Shown piece by piece: positions 21,495 to 33,039 of a stretch of DNA of 64,000 nucleotides (position 1 is its first letter; each line of letters begins with the position of its first letter). Source of the stretch: an uncultured delta proteobacterium (lineage in GTDB: Bacteria > Desulfobacterota > Binatia > UBA9968); contig CAVUVW010000013.1 in assembly GCA_963745035.1 (NCBI GenBank), forward strand, positions 1,024,001 to 1,088,000. Reading direction: 5' to 3'. Both the position numbers and the translations under genes were made by a program. A model generated the notes under the pieces. The model was not told the origin of the DNA. It was given only the letters and a program-made list of their open reading frames with translations, and did no database searches.

Positions 21495-23440
21495 TTAAAA
21501 GTACGCTTGCAAATTCACCAAATACTCCTGCGTGCCGGCGCGCTGATTGAACTCGAAGCGAACCGCCAGGTTCTTGCTGAGCGTGTAGCGCTGGTGCGCG
21601 GTGACGCGCCATTCGCCGGACTTGTCGCCGGCGGTAAACTGGAGATAGCCGGCCGATAGCCCCATTTTCCAGCGCTCGCTGACATCCAGCAGCGCCCCCG
21701 CGCTCGCGCCCGCGCCGAGCCGATAGTCGCTGTCGAAAACCCTTCCGTACTCGGCGGCAAGGTCGGCGAAAGCGAAATACACCTCGCGCGTCAACCAGGA
21801 GCTTTCCGCGGCCAGGCCGATGCCGCCGGTAAAATTGCCGATGCGGCAAAAGCGGCAGCCGTTATGCCGGATGGTGTCGAATCCCGTGGCGACCTTCCAC
21901 GACGGGCTGAGGAACAGCGCGTTGACCGGCGACAGCGAAACGATGTTCACCAGGGTGAAGCGATCGATACGCGTATGGCCTCTTTCCGGATAGTGGCGCA
22001 GCGAGATACCCAAAGCTTCGATCTGCGCATCGGGCGTGTAGCCGTACTCGGGATCGAGGAGGTCGTGAAACGCCAGACGAAAATTTATCTCGCTGAAGCC
22101 GTCGCCTTCGCGCCAGCCAGCGCCCACGCCGGCGCGCATGACCTTGTGCCCTTCCTCCGGTGGGCCAGTAAACGGTTTCGGCGTATTGCCGGCCGGAGCC
22201 ACCCTGAGCCTGCTGCGCGCCACCAGCACCGTCTTGTTGCGCTGCTGATAAATGGCCGTATCGTCTGTCTCCGTGGCCGCCTGATACAGCAGGTAATCGG
22301 ATGCCACGTCGAGCACGCGCGCCTGGCGCTCCGGCGCCAAGCGGGTGAAGCCGTCGGCGCGCGCCTTCTGTGGATCGGCGACGATCGTCGATAGCCAGCC
22401 CCGCTCCGCGCTAGAAAGCGCTTCGCGGCCGCGCCGGATTTGCGTTGCGCGCGACGGCCGAAAGATCACTTCTTTGACCAATCCCGGCCGCTCGGCGATC
22501 ATGCGCACGCCATCCGAAGGAAACGTATAAAACCAAAAGCGCTCGGTAAGATGAATTTCCGGATCGGCCACATCGATCAGGGAAAGAATCTGATAGGCGC
22601 AGTTCTCCTTGAAAAAAAAATAATCGAAGGCCGCGTTGCCCATCTCCCAGGTATGCATCAGCATGCGCTCGATCTGCTCCGCGGTCAGATTGAGGCGGTA
22701 TTCCCAGATATCGCGGTTCTCGAAATCGCCGTACTCCCTCGCCTTGACGTAGTAGGGATGAGTCGAAAAATAACCGCTGAAGCCGCCGGCGACGCCAAGC
22801 ACGGCGAACAGGATGCCGTTGTCCGTCGTCACGTCGGCGGAATAGTTGACCGTGTAGGCGAGCAAACGGGTCTGCTCGGTCTGACCCCGTTGGTCCACGC
22901 GCAGCAGCAAATGGCCGAACATGGAGGAAGGATTGTTCATGTAGGCGGAGGGAAAGATCAGCGTGATCGATGCCGGATTCAGCTCCTGGAGCCAAGCGCG
23001 AAATCGCTCGCAGGACTGCGGCGGCAGGCGCGCTTCATCGATGGCGAGCGCGTTCTTCAGCCAATGATAGCGCGCGATGAAAGCGCAGCGCCCGGGCTGG
23101 CGCGATCTCCCGACAAGATCGGTGGAAAAAAATTGCGCGAGGGTGGCCTGGAGCTCGGCCTGTGGGTCGGTTTTACCTTGAGGTGAAAGAAAAAATCCGG
23201 GTTCGTCAGCCTCGCTCTCGTACCCGCCGCCGAGAGTCGCGCGGTAGTGTAGCAGCAAATGCCAGTAGCGTTGCTGATGTAGTTGGGTTGCCGCGGCGCG
23301 CTGCTGGAGCTCTCGAAGATACGAGGCGTGCTCAGCGCGGCCTAGCGCCGTGTTTCCAAAGAAACACAGCGCCAGCACCGCAAGACCGACGAATCCCGAC
23401 AAAGGAAAGGCAGCGAGCCTCAGCCGAGGGCCGGAGCTCG
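21495..23440 (-). CDS. DUF4105 (Lnb_N-like, papain-fold) protein with a probable C-terminal outer-membrane beta-barrel; start uncertain, near 23370-23440
   Basis: WHLLLHY...FFLSPQGKTDPQAEL, PSSMFGHLLLR, ENRDIWEY, YFFFKENCAY, HDLLD; terminal Phe (QAYF). Confidence 0.85.
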
Positions 23441-23446
23441 GTGGGC

Positions 23447-23956
23447 TTAGTTCAACGTGAGTTTCGTGAAGCTCGGGTGCGCTTCCATGCCGCTTTGTAA
23501 CGTCTGGATCATCGCGCCGGGCGTCGAATCCCCGGATTCTACCAAGCTTACGTATTGGGTTTGGGCCATAGTGAAAAACTCCGGGCGGCTCTCTTCGGGG
23601 ACGCCCATGAGCTCGGCCAGCGAGGCGAGGTGCTCGCCTCCGCCGCGCGCCATTTCCTGCGAAAGGCTCTCGTAGTTGGCGGCGGCGAAGATGCTCGCTT
23701 TGTGCTCGCTCATGATCGTGCCGTCGTTGGTGCAGCCCGAAGTTCCCGAGCTGATGCCGAAGGTCTGGTTGCCGAAGGTGCCGTTGGTCGTCGCCATCAA
23801 GACCTGCGGCGCGATGCTTTTCTGACGGCCGTAATCCGACCACGCCAATTTGCCCAGGCCGCAGCCGGGTCCCGTATCCGGATGGTCCGCCCATGCTCCC
23901 GTCGCGCTCAGCGGCAGCAAAAGCACGCCTAGTCGCAGCCATTTTTTGTTGATCAT
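23447..23956 (-). CDS. DUF3015-family secreted protein
   Basis: Signal peptide; GPGCGLG...TTNGTFGNQTFGISSGTSGC; EMARGGGEHLASLA; GAGGAGG RBS. Confidence 0.88.
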   Translation of the reverse strand: MINKKWLRLGVLLLPLSATGAWADHPDTGPGCGLGKLAWSDYGRQKSIAPQVLMATTNGTFGNQTFGISSGTSGCTNDGTIMSEHKASIFAAANYESLSQEMARGGGEHLASLAELMGVPEESRPEFFTMAQTQYVSLVESGDSTPGAMIQTLQSGMEAHPSFTKLTLN

Positions 23957-23990
23957 CTCGTGCCTCCTCGCGTAAGATTTTGTAGCCCCA

Positions 23991-24019
23991 ACTTTAGCTT
24001 GTAGAATATACCCTGGCAA
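23991..24019 (-). promoter_or_regulatory. Putative sigma70 promoter of the DUF3015-DUF4105 unit
   Basis: Minus strand TTGCCA-17 bp-TAAAGT. Confidence 0.45.
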
Positions 24020-24156
24020 GACTATGGCGCGGATATTTCAGCGCGGCCTTCTATAGACCAGACGGGCCGGAGAATTCATCGGCTTTCGATAGCAATGACA
24101 AGCGGGTTCTGGTAATACGCAAAGCTTCAGCAGAGTCGACGCAGCGTTGCTGGAAA

Positions 24157-25386
24157 ATGAGCATCCATCGCCGGCAATTCGCCAAAAAAGTTCTCGCCGC
24201 GGCCGCAGCGGCCGTATGGCCGCCTTTTCATATCGTCCGTGCGCAAAACGCGAAATTGAAGATCGGCGTGCTCCTGCCGAAGTCGGGACTGCAGGGCGTG
24301 ATCGGCCAGTCGTGCCAAAAGGGCGCGGATCTCGCGCCGGGAGTGATTCGCGATTTGCTCGGCGTCGATATCGAGCTGATGAACGCCGACACGGAGACCA
24401 ACGTCGATACCGCGCGCACGCGCGCCGAGAGGTTGATTCAGGAAGGCGCCCACTGTCTGGTCGGCCCGTTCGACTCCGGCGCGGCCGCCGCCATCGCTCA
24501 GGTCGCCGAGCAGCGCGGCGTACCGTTCGTGATCAATATCGCCGCTGCGCCGCAGATCACCGAACAGGGTTACAAATTCGTCTTTCGCAATTTCCCGGTG
24601 GCCTCGGAGCTGGTAACGAATGGATTGACGCTCATCAACGACCTATTTCACGCCACGGGCACAACGCCGCGCACGGCCGTGTTCATGCACGTCAACGACA
24701 CTTTCGGACAAGCCAATGCCAAAGCGATCGGCGCCATCGTGCCGAAGCTCAACCTGCCGTTCAAACTTCTCGATACGATCTCCTACGATCCCGCCGCCAA
24801 AGATTTGTCGGTGGAAGTCGCCAAGGCGAAAAGCACCAAGGCCGATTTCCTTCTCCTCGTGTCGCGCTTGAACGACGCGATCGTGCTGCGCCGCGAGATC
24901 GTCAAGCAGCGCTGGAATGTCATGGGCGTCATCAGCCCGGGCTCGCCCGGTATGTACGAGAACCAGTTTTATCAAACGCTCGGCAAGCTCTCCGAGCACT
25001 GCGTCTCCAACGTGCCCTGGTACGACCCGAAAGCCGCGCTGACCAAGAGCGTCGATGCGGCGTTCAAAAAGCGCAACCCGAAAGATCAACTCAGATTTCA
25101 TGCGCTCAACGTCGGCTATACTTTCGAAGCGATTTTGGTTGCGGCCGACGCTTACAAGCGCTCAAAGTCGGCCGCGGCGCAAGCTCTCACCGAAGCGATT
25201 CGTCAAACGGAAATCAAAACGCGCATGATGATCGGCGGACCGATCAAATTCAATGCCAAGGGACAGGTCGAAGGCAACTTGTCGGCGTGCATTCAGAACC
25301 AAGGGCAAAAGCCGGTGCTGGTGCTTCCCGCCGCGGCGGCGGAAGCCAAACCCGTGTTTCCATGGAATGAGTTACAAGAAAGCGTA
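24157..25386 (+). CDS. Liv-type (branched-chain amino acid family) ABC substrate-binding protein with a Tat leader; true stop probably near 25386
   Basis: HRRQF; KIGVLLPKSG; GPFDSG; the ORF-track C-terminal tail runs into a REP element. Confidence 0.88.
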
Positions 25387-25431
25387 GAATCCAAAGCGAC
25401 GGTTGTCGATGTCAGTGACAGTTCATCAGGA

Positions 25432-25528
25432 TGTCATCCTGAGCCAACGGCGAAGGATCTGCTTTTCTTTCGGCCAGTCAGAACGAATGCAAAGCAGATT
25501 CTTCGTCGCAGGGCTCCTCAGAATGACA
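25432..25528. repeat. REP-like double hairpin, family B (TGTCAT.CTGAG...CTCAG.ATGACA)
   Basis: Terminal inverted repeat; near-identical architecture at 59706-59799. Confidence 0.8.
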
Positions 25529-25579
25529 TGATGAATTATTCGCGCTCACACGAGTCTGCCTAATACATCTTCGCTTACC

Positions 25580-26455
25580 GTGACCATCGATCTCGTCAAT
25601 CTCGTCAACGTCATCATCTCCGGCGTGCTCACCGGGCTCGTCTACGGCCTGATGGCGCTCGGTTTGTCGGTCATCTTCGGCGTCGCGCGCATCGTCAACT
25701 TCGCCCACGGCGAAATGATGACCCTGGCCATGTACGCCGCCGTCCTCGCGTTTGCCTTCCTCGGACTCGATCCGTTTGCCGCGCTCGTGCCGATCGCCGT
25801 CGCTTTTTTCCTGTTCGGTTATCTCTTGCAAACGGCGGTGATCAATCGTTTCATCGCTCGACCCGAACACAGCCAGTTCATGCTGCTCCTGGCCATCGCC
25901 GTGATCATGGTGAACGCGCTGCTGATCATCTTTGGCCCCGACGCGCGCAGCGTGCAGCTCGATCATTTGCTGGAATCGATCGCCATTGGCCCGCTGCTCG
26001 TCGATCGCGGAAAATTCTACGCCGCTCTGGTTTCCTGCGCCGCATCGGCGGCGCTCTTCGCTTTTTTTCGCCTGAGCCGCCCCGGCACGGCGATCCGGGC
26101 GTGCGCGGACAACTGGCTCGGCGCCAGAGTCGTCGGCCTCAACGTCAAGCGGCTTTATTCGATCGCTTTCGGCCTCGGCAGCGGCTCGGTGGCGGTCGCG
26201 GGCTGCATGATGGTCCTTCTCTTCGACGTGACTCCCGCGTCCGGTCCCGCCTACACGCTGCTCGCCTTCGTGATCGTCATCGTCGGCGGTCTCGGTTCCA
26301 TGTCCGGCGCCCTCGCCGGCGGCGTGCTCATCGGCGTCTCGGAAGCGGTGGCGGGCCTGTTTATCGCGCCGTCCGCGAAAGGCATGTTCAGCTTCGCTTT
26401 GCTTATTTTGGTTTTGCTCTTTCGCCCACGCGGTCTTTTGGGCGGCCGATCGTGA
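25580..26455 (+). CDS. livH: Branched-chain amino acid ABC permease
   Basis: GLSVIFG...VNFAHGE, GGLGSMSG, RPRGLLG. Confidence 0.9.
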   Translation: MTIDLVNLVNVIISGVLTGLVYGLMALGLSVIFGVARIVNFAHGEMMTLAMYAAVLAFAFLGLDPFAALVPIAVAFFLFGYLLQTAVINRFIARPEHSQFMLLLAIAVIMVNALLIIFGPDARSVQLDHLLESIAIGPLLVDRGKFYAALVSCAASAALFAFFRLSRPGTAIRACADNWLGARVVGLNVKRLYSIAFGLGSGSVAVAGCMMVLLFDVTPASGPAYTLLAFVIVIVGGLGSMSGALAGGVLIGVSEAVAGLFIAPSAKGMFSFALLILVLLFRPRGLLGGRS

Positions 26456-27423
26456 ACCCGCGCGCTATTGCTCTGCTCGCCGGTCTGGGGGCCGTATTAC
26501 TTTGCTTTCCGCTCGTCGCCAGCGATTATGTTTTATCCGTCGCCACGCTCTTTTTGTTCTTCGCGTACACCGGACAAGCATGGAATATCCTCATGGGCTT
26601 CGCCGGCCAGCTTTCGCTCGGCCATTCGGCCTATCTCGGTCTGGGCGCGTACGCCGCCGCGGCGCTGCATTATCATTTCGGCATGGGACCGTGGGCGGGG
26701 TTGTGGCTGGCATTGGTTCTCTGCGGCGCGCTCGGCGCAATGATCGGCGCGCTGGCGTTCCGTTACGGCGTTTCCGGCGTTCACTTTACGCTTCTCACGA
26801 TCGCCGTCGCGGAATTCATGCGCATCGGCTTCGACCATTTCACCTGGGTCGGGGGCTCCGGCGGCCTTTTTCTGAAAGTCGCCCAGCGCGACTACATCGA
26901 TCTGCTCAATCTGCGCGGTACGCCCGCGATGTTCTATTACGTGATCCTGGCGCTCGCCGCCGGCGCATTGGGATTGAGCGCCTGGCTGTTGCGCCGCCGG
27001 CCGGGCTACTACTGGCGGGCCATTCGCGAAAACGAGGACGCGGCGCAGGCGCTCGGCATCCACACGTTTCGCTGGAAGATGCTGGCGATGACCTTCAGCG
27101 CGTCGATGACATCGCTCGGAGGAGTTTTTTTGGCTTTTTACTATAACAATCTTTTCCCCGAGCAGGTCTTTCATATCTCGCGCTCCATCGAGATTATTCT
27201 CGGCCCGATTATCGGCGGCATGGGCACGCTTTTCGGGCCCATTCTCGGGGCGGCGCTGCTGGCGCTCCTCGCCGACGGCGCCACCGAAATACTCGCGGCG
27301 ACCGGGTGGGAGATCCCCGGCCTGAAGCACCTGATGTACGGTGTCGCTCTGTTCGTCGTGATCACCGTCTTGCCGCACGGCGTCTGGCCCGCTCTCGCGC
27401 GCAAGCTCAAAGTGACAAAATGA
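26452..27423 (+). CDS. livM: Branched-chain amino acid ABC permease
   Basis: GFAGQLSLGH, AIRENEDAAQALGI, GGMGTLFGP; GTGA overlap with livH. Confidence 0.9.
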   Translation: MNPRAIALLAGLGAVLLCFPLVASDYVLSVATLFLFFAYTGQAWNILMGFAGQLSLGHSAYLGLGAYAAAALHYHFGMGPWAGLWLALVLCGALGAMIGALAFRYGVSGVHFTLLTIAVAEFMRIGFDHFTWVGGSGGLFLKVAQRDYIDLLNLRGTPAMFYYVILALAAGALGLSAWLLRRRPGYYWRAIRENEDAAQALGIHTFRWKMLAMTFSASMTSLGGVFLAFYYNNLFPEQVFHISRSIEIILGPIIGGMGTLFGPILGAALLALLADGATEILAATGWEIPGLKHLMYGVALFVVITVLPHGVWPALARKLKVTK

Positions 27424-28149
27424 CGCCGCTTTTGGAAGCGCAACAGGTCAGCAAGACGTTTCGCGGCCTGCGCGCGCTGTCGAGGGTTTCGTTGTCTGTT
27501 GAAACGCGCTCCGTCACCGCGCTGATCGGTCCCAACGGCGCAGGAAAAACCACGTTGTTCAATTTGGTAGCCGGCGCGACGGCTTCGGATGGCGGCAGGA
27601 TCTATTTCGGCGGCAAGCGCATCGACGGATTGCGTCCCGATCAAATCTGCGAGCTTGGCATCGCCAGGACTTTTCAGATCGTCAAGCCGTTCGGCGGCCT
27701 GACCGTCCTCGACAACGTCATCGTCGGCGCCCTCAAGCGCCATCGATCGGCGCACGAAGCGCGCCGCCGCGCCGATGCGATTCTTGAAAATCTCGGTCTC
27801 GGCGCCCAAGCGCGATCTGCCCGCGTCGGCTTTGACCCTGCCTGACCGCAAGCGGCTCGAAGTTGCCCGGGCGATCGCCACCCAACCGAAACTCCTGCTC
27901 CTCGACGAAGCGATGGCCGGCCTCCGTCCGGCCGAATGCGAGCCGATGATCGAGTTTCTGCGCGCGATCAACCGGCGTGATGGCCTCACGATTCTGCTGA
28001 TCGAGCACGTCATGCGCGCGGTGATGGCGCTGGCGCAATCGGTGGTCGTGCTTCACCAAGGAGAAGTGATCGCCAGCGGCACGCCTGAAAACATCGCACG
28101 CGAGCCGGCGGTGCTCCAATGCTACCTCGGCGCGAGCGTCGAAACGTGA
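27420..28149 (+). CDS. livG: Branched-chain amino acid ABC ATPase, frameshift near 27805
   Basis: GPNGAGKTT, GIARTFQ, LLLDEAMAGL, IEHVM. Confidence 0.88.
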
Positions 28150-28859
28150 GAACACTGCTCGAAATCAGAGATCTCGACGTCTTCTACGGTGATGCTCAGG
28201 CTCTTTCAGGCGTTTCCCTCGATGTACCCGAAAACGAGATTGTTGCCATCGTCGGTGCCAACGGCGCCGGCAAGTCCACTTTGATCCGCGCCATCGCCGG
28301 CATCGAACGCGCGCGCGCGGGGCGCATCTCATTTGCCGGACGCGACCTCGCGGGTCTCGAATCCCATGAGATTTGCAATTTAGGCATCGGTCACGTCGCC
28401 GAAGGCCGGCAACTCTTTCCCGGCCTGACCACCCTGGAAAACCTCGAGACTGGCGCCATGCTCTCGCGCGCCCGTATTCACATGAAGCAAACTTTGGAAG
28501 AGGTATTCGCTCTTTTTCCGCGTCTGGCGGAGCGCCGCAAACAACTCGCCGGCACTCTCTCCGGCGGCGAGCAGCAGATCCTCGCCATCGGCCGCTGTTT
28601 GATGAGCCGCCCGGACCTGATGATGCTCGACGAACCTTCGCTTGGCTTGGCCCCGGATCGGGTGCAGCAACTGCTGCAAACGATTCACAGGCTCAACCAG
28701 AACGGCTTGACGATTTTGCTGGTCGAGCAGAACGTCGCCGCTTCCTTGAAAATTTCCCAGCGGGCCTACGTTCTCGAAAATGGTCGCATTGTCATGTCTG
28801 GCGGGGGAGTCGATCTGCTGGGAGACGACCGCGTGCGCCGGGCGTATCTCGGACTATAA
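28146..28859 (+). CDS. livF: Branched-chain amino acid ABC ATPase
   Basis: GANGAGKST, LSGGEQQ, LDEPSLGLAP, VEQN, AYLG. Confidence 0.92.
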   Translation: MRTLLEIRDLDVFYGDAQALSGVSLDVPENEIVAIVGANGAGKSTLIRAIAGIERARAGRISFAGRDLAGLESHEICNLGIGHVAEGRQLFPGLTTLENLETGAMLSRARIHMKQTLEEVFALFPRLAERRKQLAGTLSGGEQQILAIGRCLMSRPDLMMLDEPSLGLAPDRVQQLLQTIHRLNQNGLTILLVEQNVAASLKISQRAYVLENGRIVMSGGGVDLLGDDRVRRAYLGL

Positions 28860-29020
28860 AACGGTTGAGCCGCTTCGCGCCGAGCGCGAAGCTCTTGACG
28901 GCCTCATTGTTTCCCGGATAACAAAGGGTTGACCTGCGGCAATGATGGACGGCTGGCAAGTCAGGTCGATGGCCGAAGCGCGCCATTCCACTAAAAAATA
29001 GAATCCATGGAGGCAACTCG

Positions 29021-30793
29021 ATGAGCGATACCGAGATCAAAAAATCCACCCAGCGCTGGCAGTCCGACGTGATCGTCGATCTGATCAAGCAGTACGACTT
29101 CCCGTACATCGCGCTCAATCCCGGCGCGAGCTACCGCGGGCTGCACGACTCGCTGGTGAACTACGGCGAGAATAAACCGCCGATGCTGCTCTGCAATCAC
29201 GAGAAGATCGCCGTGCAGATCGCCCACGGCTATGCCAAGGCGAGCGGCAAGCCGATGATGGCGATCGTCCACAACGTCGTCGGCCTGCTGCATGCGCCGA
29301 TGGGTATCTATTACGCCTACATCGACCGCTCGCCGGTCTTTATCGTCGGCGCCACCGGTCCGATGGATGAAAAGCTGCGCCGCCCATTCATCGACTGGAT
29401 TCACACCGCGTTCGCTCAAGGCGACGTCGTGCGCGGTTTTACCAAGTGGGATTACCAACCCGGCAGCATTCACGGCGTGCCGGATTCTTTCGCGCGCGCC
29501 TATTCGATCATGATGAGCGAGCCGCAGGGACCCGTGTACATGGTTTACGACTCGGCGATGCAGGAAAGCGCCATGAAAGAGGAGATGGCGCTGCCGAAAT
29601 ACAAAGTGAAGGTGCCGTCGCGGGTTGCGCCGGAGCCGGCGGTCGTCGAAGAGGCCGCGGATATGCTCATGGCCGCGGAGAATCCGTTGCTGCTGACGGA
29701 ATACGCCGCGCGCATGCCCATCGGCTTCGATTCCACCGTGCAATTGGCGGAAACCATCGGCGCCTCGGTTTACGACATCAACAAGCGCCTCGGCTTTCCC
29801 AACCGCCATCCGCTGAGCCTGAGCTTTCACGGCGACGCCTTCAAAGGCGTCGATGTCGTCGCTGCCCTGGACGTCGTCGACTGGACGCGCGGCTCGCACA
29901 AACTGAATACCCAAACGCGCGAGGTCAGCGTCGTCACGGCGCCGGACTGCAAATGGATCGATGTCGGCTTCGCCGATATCGAGATCAGCAAGTGGGCGAC
30001 GGATTACAACAAGCACCACAATTGGGATCTGCGCGTGCTCGGCGACAGCGCGCTGTCGCTCCCCGCGCTCACCGCGGCCTGCCAGAAACGTATCGACGGC
30101 AACAAGTCGCTCGACGACGAAAATCGCCGAGCGCAAAAAAGCCATCGGCGACCGCCACGCGCGCCAGTGGCAAAAATGGCAGGATCAAGTCAAAGAGGAA
30201 TGGAACCAGCGCCCCATGACCGAGTCGCGTCTGGCGCACGAGCTGTGGCAGGTCATCAAGGACGAAGACTGGGTGCTCACGGCCAATACGCTGAAAGAAT
30301 GGGTGCACAAGGTTTGGAACTTCGACAAACCCTATCGCCACGTCGGCCGCGAGCTCGGCACCGGCACCCAGATCGGCATGTCCATCGGCGTCGCTCTGGC
30401 GCACAAGGGCATCGGGCAAGCTCGTGATCGATCTCCAGCCCGACGGCGATCTCATGTTCGATCTCGGCGCGCTGTGGATGCCGATCAAGTACGACATCCC
30501 GATGCTGATCGTGATGTACAACAACCGCGCCTACTACAACGACTGGGCGCACCAGATCCACATGGCGCACCAGCGCGGCACCGACCCGGCGCGCGCTTAT
30601 ATCGGCATGGACCTCGAAGGCCCGCCGCCCGACTTCGCCCACATCGCCAAAGGCATGGGATGGTACGCCGAAGGCCCGATCGAAGATCCCGGCCGAAGTC
30701 GGCCCGGCGGTGAAACGCGCCATCGCGCAAGTCAAAGCCGGCAAGCCGGCGCTGGTGGACGCGGTAGTCTGGCGCCGCGGTGAGAATGCGTAG
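29021..30793 (+). CDS. Thiamine-pyrophosphate-dependent enzyme (acetolactate synthase/benzoylformate decarboxylase-like), paralog 1, frameshifted
   Basis: NPGASYRGLHDS, HEKIAVQIAHGYA, PDGDLMF...NNRAY. Confidence 0.88.
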
Positions 30794-30803
30794 GGATGAT
30801 GCA

Positions 30804-30990
30804 ACCACGATGTGATTCATGAGCTTCGCGCGCCAACAAATAAAGACAGTAGGCAGTTTCCAGGGCACGATTTTGCTTCAGTCGTCATTCCCGCGCACGC
30901 GGGAATCCAGGTTTCTTCTCGCCGAATTAGTCTGGATACCCGCTTTCGCGGGTATGACGGAACCCAACCGCTACTCCGCCAGCTAGAAGA
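30804..30990 (+). repeat. Composite intergenic repeat element, copy 2, with REP core at 30881-30959
   Basis: ACCACGATGTGATTCATG...GTCATTCCCGCGCACGCGGGAATCCAGG...CTGGATACCCGCTTTCGCGGGTATGACGGAAC. Confidence 0.8.
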
Positions 30991-31047
30991 TTCTCCGTGT
31001 CCTTCCTGCTGAACAAAACTTGAGAGATCATAAGGAGGAAAAATCGC

Positions 31048-32836
31048 ATGGCAAAGCCTGCTCCGAAAGCAGAGACGATCAAGAAATCCGACCGGCGCTG
31101 GCAGTCCGACGTCATCGTCGACATGATCAAGCGCTACGATTTCGAATATATCGCGCTTAATCCCGGCGCGAGCTACCGCGGGTTGCACGATTCGCTGGTA
31201 AACTACGGCGAGAACGATCCGCAGATGCTGCTCTGCCAGCACGAAAAGATCGCCGTGCAGATCGCGCATGGGTATGCGCGTGCCAAGGGCAAGCCGATGA
31301 TCTCCATCGTGCATAATCTCGTCGGCCTGCTGCACGCTCCGATGGGCGTGTACTACGCCTATCTCGATCGCGCGCCGGTTTTCATTATCGGCGCCACCGG
31401 GCCGATGGCCGAACCCAAGCGCCGTCCGTTTATCGACTGGATCCACACCGCCAACGGCCAAGGCGAAGCGATTCGCAATTTCGTCAAATGGGATTACCAG
31501 CCGACCACGGTGGACGGCGTGCCGGGCGCGTTCGCGCGCGCCTACTCGGTGATGATGAGCGCGCGCCAGGGACCGGTCTACATGGTTTACGATGCCGGCC
31601 TCCAGGAAGCGGAATTGACTCACGACGTCGAGATGCCGCCGGCCGGCGCGATCGACGTTCCCACGGCCCCGTCCGCCGATCCAGTCGCGTTGGCGAAAGC
31701 TGCGGACACACTAGCCGCCGCGAATCGGGTGGCGATCATCGCCGACTTCGCCGCCCGCCCGCCGCACGGCTGGAATCACGTCGTCGAATTGGCTGAGACC
31801 CTCGGCGCTTCGGTTTGGGATGTCGGTTCCCGCTTGAACTTTCCGAGCGATCACCCGCTTAACTTGACGATGGATCCGGACGGCTGCTACCAGGGCGTCG
31901 ACGTCGTGCTCACTCTCGACATCGCCGACTTCGAAAAGCCGACCCACGTGCGCGACATCGCGACCCGCACCGTCGTCAGCAAAGTGCCGGCCGAACGCGA
32001 CCTGGATCGACATCGGTTTTACCGACATCGAGATCAGCAAATGGTCCATGGATTATGCCCGGCCGTTCTACGCGCAGCAGCGCATGACCGCAGACCCGGT
32101 GACAACCTGCCCGCAGTTGACCAAGCTGCTCAAAGAAAGAATCGCCAAGACGTCGGGCCTCGCCGAAAAGATTGCCAAACGCACCGAAGAGATCGGCAAA
32201 CGCCACAAAGAAAACCGCGCCAAGTGGAGCAAGCAGGCTCAAGAGCACTGGGACTCAAAGCCGATGACCGTGCCGCGCCTCGCCCTCGAAGTGTGGGACG
32301 CGATCAAAGGCGAAGACTGGGTGCTCACCACGGGCGACCTGGGCTGCTGGGGCAAGAAGCTCTGGAACTTCGACCGCCCCTATTGCCATGCCGGCCGCGA
32401 ATTGGGCACCGGCACACAGATCGGTTTGTCCTTGGGCGTCGCGCTAGCGAACAAAGGCACTGGACGCTTGGTCGTCGACCTTCAACCGGACGGCGATCTC
32501 ATGTTCGACGCCGGCTCGCTCTGGATTGCGGCGAAATACAAAATTCCGATGCTCGTCGTCATGTTCAACAACCGCGCTTACTACAACGACTGGAATCACC
32601 AGCTTGTCCTTGCGCGCACCCGCGGCACCGATCCGGCGCGCGCCCATATCGGCATGGATCTGTACGATCCCGATCCGGATTTCGCCGGTTTGGCAAAATC
32701 GATGGGGTGGTACGCTGAAGGCCCGTTTGAAAAAGGCGACGATTTAAAACCCGCGCTCAAGCGCGCCATCGAACAAGTCAAGCAAGGCAAGCCCGCGCTC
32801 ATCGACGCCATCTGCGACCGCAGAAACCACGGCTAG
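31048..32836 (+). CDS. TPP-dependent enzyme, paralog 2, frameshift near 31995
   Basis: Same motifs as 29021-30793 (WQSDVIVD, NPGASYRGLHDS, QPDGDLMF, NNRAYYND). Confidence 0.88.
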
Positions 32837-32850
32837 CCAATCCTCTCTTT

Positions 32851-32876
32851 CCCCGCGCCGCCCTCGCGGCGCGGGG
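32851..32876. terminator. GC hairpin after the TPP genes
   Basis: CCCCGCGCCGC-CCTC-GCGGCGCGGGG; weak U tract. Confidence 0.55.
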
Positions 32877-33010
32877 AACTCTTATCTTCGATGGTGATTC
32901 ATCATAGCGAATCGGCGCCGGTTTACCTCGGCAACGTTCCGCGTGTTCAGCCACCATCCCTCCAACAATCTCTCACTCTGATCCAACTGTCTCGAAAACG
33001 AAACAGAGGA

Positions 33011-33039
33011 TTGACAGTCGCCCCCCAAAATCCTAGCTT
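33011..33039 (+). promoter_or_regulatory. Putative sigma70 promoter for the kinase-like gene
   Basis: TTGACA-17 bp-TAGCTT in an AT-rich leader. Confidence 0.5.

Noticed and set aside
23447-23942. Long N-terminal extension of the DUF4105 ORF (815 aa)
   Set aside because: It overlaps the real DUF3015 gene in another frame and has no protein-like features.
25387-25563. C-terminal extension of the Liv SBP encoded by a REP element
   Set aside because: Most likely a terminal indel removes the stop near 25386; cannot be supported without reads.
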